Source of the DNA: Thermovirgaceae bacterium
GTDB taxonomy: Bacteria > Synergistota > Synergistia > Synergistales > Thermovirgaceae
NCBI GenBank assembly: GCA_040767805.1
Contig: JAXGNU010000007.1
Location: forward strand, 17,256-81,255
DNA: 64,000 nt
Direction: 5' to 3'
The translations under genes and the position numbers were made by a program. Below are positions 9,701-19,674 of this stretch, in pieces. The notes beneath the pieces were generated by a model. That model was not told the origin of the DNA, did not search any database, and saw only the letters and a list, made by a program, of their open reading frames with translations. The first letter of the stretch is position 1. The number at the start of each line of letters is the position of its first letter.

Positions 9701-10930
9701 ATGAGGCTTCTTCACACATCGGACTGGCACATCGGACGCACTCTTTACGGCAGGAAACGTTACGAGGAGCATGAATCCTTTCTGTCCTGGCTGGCAAAGA
9801 CGATCCAGGACAAGGCGATCGATGTGCTACTGGTGGCGGGTGATGTCTTTGACACCAGCGCTCCGAACAATCGCGCCCAGGAGCTCTATTACAGGTTCCT
9901 GTGCAGGGTTGCGGCCTCGTCTTGCCGGCATGTCGTCGCCATCGCGGGCAACCATGATTCTCCGTCCTTTCTCGACGCACCTAAGGAACTGCTCAAGGCT
10001 CTAGATATCCATGTGGTCGGAAGTCCTGCTTCCTCCCCCGAAGAAGAAGTGCTGGTGCTCCGCAATGAACAGGATGCTCCGGAATTGATCGTCTGTGCCG
10101 TGCCTTACCTCCGCGACAGGGATATCCGCGTCGCCGAAGCGGGAGAAAGCTCCAAAGACAAGGTTCAAAAACTGATCGACGGCATCCGCATTCATTACGC
10201 CGCCGTTGCCGAATTGGCAGAGCAGAAGCGCGGGGAACTCGGAGCCGATATCCCTATCATAGGCATGGGACATCTGTACACCCAGGGCGGCCGGACCGTC
10301 GAAGGCGACGGCGTGCGCGAACTCTATATCGGTTCCGTTGCCCGGGTGCACGCCTCGACTTTCCCTGCCTGCTTCAATTACCTGGCGCTTGGACACCTCC
10401 ATGTCCCGCAAAAAGTGGACGGCTCCGAAACCATTCGATATAGCGGCTCTCCTCTGCCCATAGGGTTTGGAGAGGCAGAACAGCAGAAGAGCGTTTGCCT
10501 GGTCGAATTCAACAGGACGACTGCATCGGTACAATTGATCGATGTTCCACAATCTCGGGAACTGGAGCGCGTCAAGGGGGACTGGGACGGCATTTCAAGC
10601 CGGATCGTCCAATTATTGAAAGGCGGCTTCCAAGGCTGGCTCGAGGTCATCTACGAAGGCAGCGAGATCATTGGTGATCTGCGTGAACGCCTGGAGGCTG
10701 CTATTTCTAATACTCCGATTGAAATACTCCGGATAAAAAACAACCGAATCGTTCGACGCGTGCTGCGACAGATCCATGAAGAAGAAACGCTTCACGACCT
10801 GAGCGTCGACGAGGTGTTTGAACGATGCCTCACCGATCATGGTGTACCAAAGGTGCAGCGGCCTGAGCTGCTTCGAACCTACCGGGAAGCGGTCTCGTCT
10901 CTCTTAGAGGACGACGAACGGGCGGAATAG
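9701..10930 (+). CDS. sbcD: SbcD/Mre11 exonuclease subunit
   Basis: LHTSDWHIG, VAGDVFD, IAGNHDS, LALGHLH, RYSGSP motifs. Confidence 0.95.
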   Translation: MRLLHTSDWHIGRTLYGRKRYEEHESFLSWLAKTIQDKAIDVLLVAGDVFDTSAPNNRAQELYYRFLCRVAASSCRHVVAIAGNHDSPSFLDAPKELLKALDIHVVGSPASSPEEEVLVLRNEQDAPELIVCAVPYLRDRDIRVAEAGESSKDKVQKLIDGIRIHYAAVAELAEQKRGELGADIPIIGMGHLYTQGGRTVEGDGVRELYIGSVARVHASTFPACFNYLALGHLHVPQKVDGSETIRYSGSPLPIGFGEAEQQKSVCLVEFNRTTASVQLIDVPQSRELERVKGDWDGISSRIVQLLKGGFQGWLEVIYEGSEIIGDLRERLEAAISNTPIEILRIKNNRIVRRVLRQIHEEETLHDLSVDEVFERCLTDHGVPKVQRPELLRTYREAVSSLLEDDERAE

Positions 10931-10941
10931 GGAGGCTGCCT

Positions 10942-13900
10942 ATGAGGATACTTCAGGTGCGTTTCAAGAATCTGAACTCGCTGGTCGGCGAATGGCAGAT
11001 CGACCTGACGCACCCGGCCTTTGAGTCCGATGGTATCTTCGCTATCACCGGCCCCACCGGCGCCGGGAAGACCACGATCCTCGATGCGGTTTGCCTCGCC
11101 CTTTATGGGAGGACGCCACGCCTCAACAGGGTCTCCAGGAGCGAAAACGAGATCATGTCCCGCCAAACCGGTGAGTGCTTTGCCGAGGTGACCTTTGAAA
11201 CCCAGTCGGGTCGCTATCGTTGCCACTGGAGCCAATTTCGGGCACGCGGGGAACCCGACGGTGAACTCAAGGCCCCTAAACACGAAATTGCCGATGCCGA
11301 TTCCGGTGAGGTTTTCGAATCCCGGATCAAAGGTGTGGCCGAGCAGATCGAGTTGGCCACCGGTATGGACTTCGACCGTTTCACCCGTTCCATGCTGCTG
11401 GCCCAAGGGGGCTTCGCTGCGTTCCTTCAGGCGGCACCGAATGATCGGGCTCCAATCCTGGAGCAGATCACGGGCACCGAGATCTACAGCCGAATCTCCA
11501 TCCGTGTACATGAGCAGCTTCGCGAAGAGAAGGAAAAACTGAACCTGCTCAAGGCTGAAAGGGAGGGGATCGTAGTCCTTACGCCGGAGAGGGTTCAGGA
11601 GATCGAGCAGCTGCTAGAGACGAAACAGAAAGAGGAGTCAAGCCTGGCCGCCGATATCGCCAAGACCTGAGAAGCCGTCGCCTGGCTTACCAACATCGAT
11701 GAGCTGGAAAAGGAGATCAGCAGCCTGGCTGAAGAATCGGATAGACTGCAGATCGAGATGGAGGCGTTCAGGCCGGACCGCGAAAAGCTGGGGCGAGCCT
11801 TGAACGCAGCCTCACTGGAAGCCCCCTTCGCGACGCTCAACGCCTTCCGCGAACAACAGGCCGATGACACAACAGCTCTGACCACAGAGGAAGAGGCCCT
11901 CCCAGAGCTGGGATCTTCCGCCGAAGAGCAGGCAAGGGTACTGGAATATGCTGAGCAACAGACTGCACTGAGCAAAGAAGAGTTGAAAGCGGCCCGATCG
12001 ATCTGGCAGAGGGTCCGTTCCCTGGACCAGAAACTTGCAGAACTTGAAAAGGATGTTTTAAAAAGAGATGAGAGCTGTAAGGGGGAGGCTTCCAGGATTG
12101 ACTCCCACCGGCGGTCTCGACTGGAAGAGCAAGAGAAACGGTCCCGGGTTCAAGAGGCGCTGGAGCTGGCAGACGGCTACCTCAAGGACCACGCGAAGGA
12201 TGAATGGCTGATCAGCGGTCTTGCCGGCGTTGAGGAAAAGCTCGCCGGTCTGCTCTCCAAGCAGGAGGAGATCTCACAGAAAGAGTCTGAACGGGAAGCG
12301 GCGACGGTGGCGTTGGCACTGGCGAAAGAGTCACTCGACGCACGGGAGAGACAATATGCTGTAAGGAAGCAGGAGCTGGAGGACGCCTCGAAGCAGCTTC
12401 AGGATGGAAAAGACGCCCTAAGCTTGCTGCTTGGTGACCGCTTGTTGCGGGAATACCGCGCCGAGAAGGAAAATCTGCTGCGGGAAATGGCCTTCCTCGC
12501 AAAAATTATGGAACTGGAAGAGCATCGGACAAAACTTGAAGACGGCAAACCCTGCCCGCTCTGCGGCGCCACCGAACATCCCTTTGCCGAAGGAAATGTG
12601 CCTGTTCCCGATGATGCCGAAAAGAAGATCGGAGATCTGACCGAGTTGATCACCAAGGCCGAGGACCAGGAAGCCGCCATCAGGAAACTGGAAGATTCTG
12701 AAGCGCTGGCTCGCCAGTACCTGGCAGAGGCTGAAAGTTTGGAGTCGGAAGCGACCAGCGAGAAGAAGGCGGCCGAGAAAGCACTCGCCGAAGTGGAGGA
12801 CGACCGGGCGAAACTCCAGGCTGATCTTACTCGACGCCGTAAGGTCGTTCTTACCGGACTGCGGCCGCTCGGTATTATGGAAATCTCCGAAAATGAGATC
12901 TCATCGCTCATCGAATCCCTCAAAGCACGGTCGCTGACGTGGCAGACCAAGGTTGAGGAAAAAGCGGACTTGGAGAAACAGACCGCCAATATTGATAGCG
13001 AAATCAAACAGCTCGATGCGGTCATTCAAACCTTGAACAACGCCCTGTCCGAAAGTCGGGACCACCTGGCGGACTTGAAAAAAGAACTTGCCCGAGGAAC
13101 TGAAGAACGTTTCGCCCTATACGGTGACAAAAACCCCGACGAAGAAGAAGGGCGCTTAAACAAGGTTCTCTCTGATGCGGAAGATGCCGAACGTCAGGCC
13201 CGCGACGAGCACAACAAGCTCCAACAGAAATTAATTAATGCGAGGGCTGGTATCGCATCTTTGAAAAAACGGATCGACCAGCGGGAGCCGGAACTGAGAA
13301 GGCTGGAAGCAGAATTCTCAGAAGCGCTGGCACGCGTCGGTTTTTCCGATGAAGAACAATTCCGGACAGCCTGCTTGCCTGCTGAAACACGGGAGAAGCT
13401 GGCGGCTAAGGCCGATGGCCTGGACGAGCGTCAGACAGACCTGAGAGCCAGACAAAAAGACCGGGAGGTGCGGCTGGCCACGGTAAGGGCCCGCAAAGTC
13501 ACTGACGAGTCGCTGAAAGAGCTTGAGCCCCGCTTAAAGGAACAAGAGGAAGACCAGAAGGAGATGCGGGACACTATCGCCGGTCTCAAATATCAATTAA
13601 AGGATAACGTGGTCGCCAAGAAACGGATACAGGAAAACCAGATAGCTATCGAAGCCCGTGAAAAAGAGTACCAAAGGTGGGAAAACCTGCACAAATTGAT
13701 CGGATCCGCCGATGGCAAGAAGTACCGCAATTTTGCCCAGGGCCTGACCTTCGGAATGATGGTCGCCTACGCCAACCGACAACTGCAGAAAATGAACGAC
13801 CGCTACTTGCTGGTCCGTGACGAAACCCGGCCACTGGAACTCAACGTGATTGACAACTACCAGGCCGGTGAGGTCCGCTCCACGAAGAACCTTTCCGGAG

Positions 13901-14214
13901 GGGAGAGCTTTATTGTCAGCTTGTCCTTGGCGCTGGGGTTGTCCCAAATGGCCAGTAAGAATGTCCGGGTTGATTCATTGTTCCTGGATGAAGGCTTCGG
14001 AACCCTGGATGAAGAATACCTTGACACCGCTTTGGAAACCCTCGCGGGCTTGCAGCACGATGGAAAGGTGATCGGCATTATTTCCCACGTCACTGCCATA
14101 AGTGAGCGGGTCCGCACGCAGATTCAGGTAATACCTCAAACGGGCGGCAGAAGCCGGATATCCGGGCCGGGCTGCAGCAGGCCAAGCGGACCTCAACAGA
14201 ACACCACCGCATAA
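10942..14214 (+). pseudogene. sbcC: SbcC/Rad50 ATPase interrupted by one in-frame TGA (11668-11670)
   Basis: ORF 10942-11670 (Walker A GPTGAGKT, QG.F) and ORF 11758-14214 (CPLCG hook, LSGGE, LFLDEGFGTLD, ISH) share one frame. Only the single TGA separates them. Confidence 0.85.
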
Positions 14215-14429
14215 AGTATCTCTAGGTCGCTCATTTCATGCGCCGGCATCCTTCGAGATCAGCCGATCTTTTCCCCATTACAACCGGGGTGGGAGGCGAC
14301 CTCTCAAGGAAAGGGGAAATATGCGGATCTGTTGTGGTATGCTCAATGTGTATGGATTGTTCAGTCCAGTTAATCTCAATTGTTACTGTCCCTGGGTTGA
14401 ATGACACATGCAGGGGGGGTTGGATCCAT

Positions 14430-14787
14430 TTGACTTGGCCCTTAAAGACGAAATTCTACCTCGAAAAGGACGGCGAGAAATGTTACTGGGTTGTCGACGA
14501 TTCGGGCAGGATCGAGGACCGGGTTATTTCAAAGGACACCCCTTTGGGGAAATGTCTTCTTGAGGCCAAGCCGGGGAGGTTTTCGTTCAGGCAACCCAAC
14601 GGTCTTAACGTTGAATATGATCTTCTGAGGATAGAAGTGCAGAATTCGTCCCTTACCCCAAGTGGTAAAGGCATTACGGTCTTCCTTCATCCTGAAATCC
14701 GAAGAAAAAGTTTACAAGAAAGGATTCTTTCTAGAGGGATTCAATTCTTGGTCCACTTTACCCCTGTATCTAACCTTCATTCCATAA
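14430..14787 (+). pseudogene. darT: darT-like gene, 5' fragment: GreA/GreB-CTD-like domain plus start of the DarT domain
   Basis: TTG start after a G-rich SD. Ends ...RGIQFLVHFTPVSNLHSI at the IS junction. Confidence 0.8.
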
Positions 14788-14910
14788 TGTCACCAACACC
14801 CATATGATGGATCTAAATTTACATCCAGATTCCCGCACATGGATACAATCTTGAGGTGAAGTCTTGTAAACGGATATGGCATTCTTTGTTCAGGAAGGAC
14901 CTGGACGGGG

Positions 14911-16197
14911 GTGCCAACCGTGGCGAAGCTAAAGGAGCATCACATCATGTGCGCGGAAGAACTAGCAAACCACAAAAGCATCAGGGATATAGCGTCCACC
15001 TTTTGCGTGGACGAAAGCACCTTGAGATACAGGCTCGAACGGCATCGGACAGGAGCCGTGGATGGCAGATCGCTCCAGGAGGAAGCGTGCGCTCCCTTCC
15101 GACCCCTTGTCCTCGAGTGGATACAGGAGCAGGAAGGGCAGGAGCGGCCGGAATCCGTTCAGGCATTGTATGAGAGACTCTGCGCGGACCACGGATACAC
15201 GGGGAGCTATATGAGTGTCTACAGGTTCGTCAAAAGGAGGCGCAAGGCCCCTTTCCCTGCCCCCTTCCGCCGGGTGGAGACCAAGCCGGGGGCGCAAGCT
15301 CAGGCCGACTGGCTTCAAAAGAAGATCTATATCCACGAACTTGGCGGAGAGACAAAGATCTCGGCATTCATAATGACCCTGTCCCACTCCCGGATGTGGT
15401 CCGTCGTCTGGAGCCGGAGCGAAAACATGCTCACCTGGCTTACCTGCCACAACAGGGCCTTCGAATTCCTGGGAGGTGTCCCGTCCACGGTCAGGATCGA
15501 CAACCTCAAAACGGGAGTAGCCTGCGGCTGCGGAGCCTGGGCGAAGCTCAACGAAGGGTACGCCTCCTACGCGAAGCAGATGGATTTCGCCATAGACCCC
15601 CACAGGGTCAGGACACCCAGGGACAAGGGCAAGGCGGAACGTAGGGTCCAGGATGTGAAGACGCTCCAGATTACGGAGAAGGACCGGTTCGAGGATATGG
15701 AGGACCTGCAGGAGACCAGCACCCTCCGGATCCTTGCCAGATCACGGAAGTTACTATGCCCAGTAACGGGCAAAAGCATCTACGACAGCTGGAACCTTGA
15801 AAAGCAGCATCTAAAGCCCCTTCCATTTTTTCTTCCTGTACCCTTCGATGTACAGGTCTCGAGGGAAGTTGGCCGGGATTGCCTTGTCTCCTTCGAGGGA
15901 AGACGTTACAGCGTCCCCTACACTTGGACTAAACGGACAGTCCAGGTCAGGGGGTGTACGGACACCGTCGAGATATGGGGAGAGGGGAAACTGCTCTGCA
16001 CCTTCCCGCGCAAAACGGACTGCAGGCTTCTCATTGACCAGGGCCACTACGAAGGGGCCAGCGAAGGCACGGGAAAGACCCCTGTTCCTCTTGGGAAAAT
16101 TGGCAGGGAGATCGTAATACCCAGAAGCTGGGAGATAGAAGATGCCCCCAGGCGTTCCATAGATCGCTACGCGGAAGCTGTGGGTACACGGTCATGA
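14911..16197 (+). CDS. istA: IS21 transposase IstA
   Basis: HTH, ETKPGAQAQADW, GGVP...DNLKT, KGKAER (DDE). Confidence 0.95.
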   Translation: MPTVAKLKEHHIMCAEELANHKSIRDIASTFCVDESTLRYRLERHRTGAVDGRSLQEEACAPFRPLVLEWIQEQEGQERPESVQALYERLCADHGYTGSYMSVYRFVKRRRKAPFPAPFRRVETKPGAQAQADWLQKKIYIHELGGETKISAFIMTLSHSRMWSVVWSRSENMLTWLTCHNRAFEFLGGVPSTVRIDNLKTGVACGCGAWAKLNEGYASYAKQMDFAIDPHRVRTPRDKGKAERRVQDVKTLQITEKDRFEDMEDLQETSTLRILARSRKLLCPVTGKSIYDSWNLEKQHLKPLPFFLPVPFDVQVSREVGRDCLVSFEGRRYSVPYTWTKRTVQVRGCTDTVEIWGEGKLLCTFPRKTDCRLLIDQGHYEGASEGTGKTPVPLGKIGREIVIPRSWEIEDAPRRSIDRYAEAVGTRS

Positions 16198-16985
16198 CCA
16201 GGCTTCAAGAGGCAGTGACCGGTCTGGACGCGAGCAGGTCTTTGCTGGAAGAGATGGGCTTTGAGCATGCCCAGCACCTCGTGGCGGAGCTCATGGAACA
16301 GGCCGTAAAGGACAATGCCTCCTACGGTGACTTTCTGGAAAAAGTTCTGAGGAGAGAACGTGAATACCGGGAAGAGCGCAGGATAAGGACCTCCCTGAAG
16401 TTGTCCGGCTTGCCCCAGGGCAAGACCCTTGAAAGCTTCGACTTCACCTTTGGTCGGAGCGTGAACAAAAAGGAGATCGAGCTGCTTTCGACCTGCGAAT
16501 ACGCCAAGAGGAAGGAGAACATCCTCCTCCTCGGCCCGCCCGGAGTGGGCAAGAGCCACCTCGCCGCGGCGTTAGGGGTGCGGGCCGTCCAGAATGGCTT
16601 CTCCGTCTCCTGGCTGACTGCCGACGACCTGCTTTTTCGCCTCAGGCGGGACGAGGAGAACCCTTCCAGGCGAAACAGGAGGAGGAAATACCTCTCCTCG
16701 GGTGTTCTCGTGATAGACGAGCTGGGGTTTCAGGTCCTGGACCGGGGCGACGCCCACCTGCTCTTCAAGGTGGTAAGCGCCAGGTACGAAAGGGCGAGCA
16801 CGATCATCACGTCGAACAAGAGCATACGGGATTGGCCGGAGATGCTTGCAGGAGACGAAGTCCTCACTACCGCTATCCTGGACAGGCTTTTACACCATTG
16901 CCACGTCGTTCATGTCGACGGAAGCAGTTACCGCCTCTGGGAGATGGAACAACGGACCAGGCCCGCACCGCGGAAGGAGGGATGA
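16194..16985 (+). CDS. istB: IS21 helper ATPase IstB
   Basis: GPPGVGKS, LVIDELGF, ITSNK, AILDRLLHH. ATGA overlap with istA. Confidence 0.95.
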   Translation: MTRLQEAVTGLDASRSLLEEMGFEHAQHLVAELMEQAVKDNASYGDFLEKVLRREREYREERRIRTSLKLSGLPQGKTLESFDFTFGRSVNKKEIELLSTCEYAKRKENILLLGPPGVGKSHLAAALGVRAVQNGFSVSWLTADDLLFRLRRDEENPSRRNRRRKYLSSGVLVIDELGFQVLDRGDAHLLFKVVSARYERASTIITSNKSIRDWPEMLAGDEVLTTAILDRLLHHCHVVHVDGSSYRLWEMEQRTRPAPRKEG

Positions 16986-17102
16986 CCTGAACGGTCAAAC
17001 ATTTCAGGTTCACGAATCACCCCAACGCGTTCAAGAAGGAATGTGTATATCTGCGGGAAAGTGGATGTAAATTTACTGCGGGAATCTGGGTGTTAATTGA
17101 CA

Positions 17103-17685
17103 CATAATGAGAAATGGTTTGCTTTCCAGAATGGATTTGAATCAAAAAAGAATTCCCTTTGATTATTCCGATGAGGGTAGAAGAGATTGTCTTTTAGACT
17201 TCATTTCCACTTCGGTCAGTTTTCCCAATTATAAAATGTTCTACGCGAAGCGGTCGAAAGCTGAAGAAAAAAGATGGGCGGTGGTCAAGGTAGGAAAAGA
17301 AGTGCTTTGGGAACTTGGTTGTTTGTTTTTTACAGGAAATGCCGCATCATCCGTTTCCATGGCTATCCCAGCGGCACATCTTTGTTCGATAGATGCTTTT
17401 GACAGAATGTTTTACGAAAAAGAATCGAGATCATTAATCCCGGAAAGTTTTACCACGGACCCACAGGCTGAGGTTATGGTTTATAGGGCGATCCCAAGCC
17501 GCTACATTAAAGGTATCGCCCTTGAATCGAAGGATGACATGAAATTGATCAAGGATGCAAATGATCTGTCTAACATTGAGATCGACAGAACTCTTTTTTC
17601 TCCCCGGATGGATTACGCTTCCTGGAACAGATGTGAAGCCAGTTATTTGTCTTTAGATGATGAATTGCTTAAATTGAAGGGATAA
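17103..17685 (+). pseudogene. darT: darT-like gene, 3' fragment (DNA ADP-ribosyltransferase domain, DUF4433-like)
   Basis: Continues in frame after IS removal: HSI-MRNGLLSR...D..R.D...ISTSVSFPNYKMFY...GNAAS...DPQAEVMV...IP..YI. Confidence 0.85.
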
Positions 17686-17687
17686 TT

Positions 17688-18380
17688 ATGGCCATAAGAC
17701 CCGTCTTTTTGCCCAAGGCTTCCGGTTCCCCGATGGTCCAAAAGGTTTCCATTGAGTTCCAGTGGTTTCCCGGAATGTCAAAGAATCAAAAACAGCGGTC
17801 GATCCGTTCCCTCCACGCTTCCGCCAGAAAAAAGCTTGCCCTTGAGCGGATCTTGGAGATTTCAAGCAAATCCGAGGACCAACTAGGGGTTGAATTGAGT
17901 GCCTTTAACCTCCGGTTCAACACCCCCGATCACAAACCTGCCCCGGTGGAAGTGCTCTTTCAGGGAGGGAAGGTGTTTGAAAGGGGAGGTCCTTTTATGG
18001 ACCTCTATTCCGCTACACCCAGAGAAGCCAAGAAAGACGAGAGGCTCAAGATCTCCGGGAATATTGTCGGTTTCCGTTACGGGTCCTCCGATTGGCCTTT
18101 AAATCCACAAACTTTGTTTTATGATTGGCTTTACATATCGGCTCTCCATCAAAAACGAAATGACCATCTGGCAAGATCGCTCCTGGAGTATGACGCCTTT
18201 ACAGACATTGAATTCAACCCTGAAAAATCTCTGAGCTGCCAGGCTTTTTCTGCCGCTCTTTACAAGTCCTTATCTGTAAGGGGGCTTGTTCCGGAGGCTT
18301 TATCATCAAAAGAGAACTTCATCAGGATCTGTTACCAAAGCGACAGGGATTCGTCGCCTGTCCAGAGAAAGATGTTTTGA
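17688..18380 (+). CDS. DarT1-associated NADAR-type antitoxin
   Basis: MAIRPVF, F.WFPG.S..QK, LEISSKS, LSAFNL, VE..FQ..KVFE.GGP, FYDWLY, FTDIEFNPEKS..CQA. Starts 2 bp after the darT stop. Confidence 0.85.
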   Translation: MAIRPVFLPKASGSPMVQKVSIEFQWFPGMSKNQKQRSIRSLHASARKKLALERILEISSKSEDQLGVELSAFNLRFNTPDHKPAPVEVLFQGGKVFERGGPFMDLYSATPREAKKDERLKISGNIVGFRYGSSDWPLNPQTLFYDWLYISALHQKRNDHLARSLLEYDAFTDIEFNPEKSLSCQAFSAALYKSLSVRGLVPEALSSKENFIRICYQSDRDSSPVQRKMF

Positions 18381-18395
18381 GGGGTGGGCCGATTT

Positions 18396-19022
18396 ATGCA
18401 GGAGAAGTATAAGTTCTCATTCACGGCTGGAGGCCTTTTGTTGAATGAAACCGTCAAAATAGCCGAAGTATATTTAGATAAAGGCATCTGGAGACAGGCT
18501 TCAAAAGAGGTGTCCTCAACCAGGATGCTTCAGAAGAACAAACTCTCTTCCTCAAACAGGTATTTCCTGGAAATCAAAAGGAGGCTTAAAACCCTGTCGG
18601 ATGATGAGATAGTGTTCCTTGCAGAGGGAGACCTGGAAGAGCAGAGGCAGGTCATTTTTCTGTCCATTTGCAGGCTGTATGTCTTTATTCGTGATTTTGT
18701 AGTTCAGGTCCTCAGGGATAAATTGCTCCCTATGGGGGCGGCTCTCACCGATGCCGATTATCTTAGTTTTGTAGAGGATATTGCATTTGAACACCCTGAG
18801 TATGAAAAGCTCACCCAGTCCACTCAAAAAAAGGTCAAGGGGGTCCTGTTCAAGATCCTTCGGGAGACCGGCTTCTTCTCATCTTTTTCTGAAAAAAGAG
18901 TGACTCCCATCTTGCTTTCGTCAACCCTAAAAAAGATGATAGTATCCAGTAACCCCTGGGAGCTCGCCTTTTTTTTATACTCCGACCAGGAGATTAAGGA
19001 AGCGGTGCGAAAAAATGGATAG
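18396..19022 (+). CDS. brxA: BREX protein BrxA (DUF1819)
   Basis: YKFSFTAGGLL..E, EIKRRLKTL, STQKK...LFKILRETG. First gene of the BREX cluster. Confidence 0.85.
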   Translation: MQEKYKFSFTAGGLLLNETVKIAEVYLDKGIWRQASKEVSSTRMLQKNKLSSSNRYFLEIKRRLKTLSDDEIVFLAEGDLEEQRQVIFLSICRLYVFIRDFVVQVLRDKLLPMGAALTDADYLSFVEDIAFEHPEYEKLTQSTQKKVKGVLFKILRETGFFSSFSEKRVTPILLSSTLKKMIVSSNPWELAFFLYSDQEIKEAVRKNG

Positions 19023-19623
19023 AGCCCTTGCCCAGAAGATAGACAAAAAATTTGAAAAATACCATCCATTCCTGTCCAGTAAGAAGTTCTTGGATACTGC
19101 CTTGTCCCGCAAAGAAGTCCCCTTCTTCATAAGCACCTTCCCGCCCGAGGCCCAAAACTACGTGGATAAGAGGGTAATTAACCTTAAAAACAAGCTGGCG
19201 GGAGAAGGAATAGAAGTCCTTGTGCTGGACCTTTATGACCTGGTTCTTGACATCCTTGAAAAGAAGGGGCATCTCTCCCTTCTGATGGACAGGGAGCCGA
19301 CAATGGACAAGGCGAAATTCCTCAAAGGGCTCCGCTCGATGCTCGATGTGGAGAAAACCATCGTGCCCGAGATAGAAGGCAAACTCAAAAGCGGTGCGTG
19401 CCGTATGGTCTTCCTCACAGGCGTGGGTCTGGTCTACCCCTATCTCAGGACCCACAGTATATTGAGCAACCTGCAACGGCTTTTCAAGGAATTTCCCCTG
19501 GTAGTCTTTTTCCCCGGCAAGTATCAATTCACCAGGAGCAAGGGATACACGCTGAACCTTTTCGGGCTTTTGCCCGGCGACAATTACTACCGGGCTTTTG
19601 ACCTCGATGAGTATGCCGTCTAA
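19015..19623 (+). CDS. brxB: BREX protein BrxB (DUF1788)
   Basis: EVPFFI, LTGVGLVYPYLRTH.IL.NLQ, FFPGKY, LFG...NYYRAF. Confidence 0.9.
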   Translation: MDRALAQKIDKKFEKYHPFLSSKKFLDTALSRKEVPFFISTFPPEAQNYVDKRVINLKNKLAGEGIEVLVLDLYDLVLDILEKKGHLSLLMDREPTMDKAKFLKGLRSMLDVEKTIVPEIEGKLKSGACRMVFLTGVGLVYPYLRTHSILSNLQRLFKEFPLVVFFPGKYQFTRSKGYTLNLFGLLPGDNYYRAFDLDEYAV

Positions 19624-19674
19624 ATTATTTTGGGGACTGCACCGTGGCAGGCGAAGTATCGGGAGGTGGAAGAA

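Larger units (their letters stand above)
14788..17102 (+). mobile_element. IS21-family insertion sequence, 2315 bp, 5-bp target duplication CATAA
   Basis: Ends TGTCACCAACACCCA and TGGGTGTTAATTGACA, with internal repeats TAAATTTACATCCA/TTCCCGCA mirrored at both ends. CATAA at 14783-14787 and 17103-17107. Contains istA and istB. Confidence 0.95.

Noticed and set aside
11668..11700. Selenocysteine recoding of the sbcC TGA
   Set aside because: The position is in a coiled coil with no redox or Cys context, and the following hairpin is short and too close to resemble a bacterial SECIS.
14238..14429. N-terminal 64 codons of the 189-aa ORF in the track
   Set aside because: No SD at 14238, and the region looks like promoter sequence. 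TTG 14430 with a G-rich SD fits the domain start better.
17107..17685. The 192-aa ORF as an independent active toxin
   Set aside because: Its ATG is an internal Met exposed by the IS, it has no SD, and it lacks the N-terminal HFT motif.
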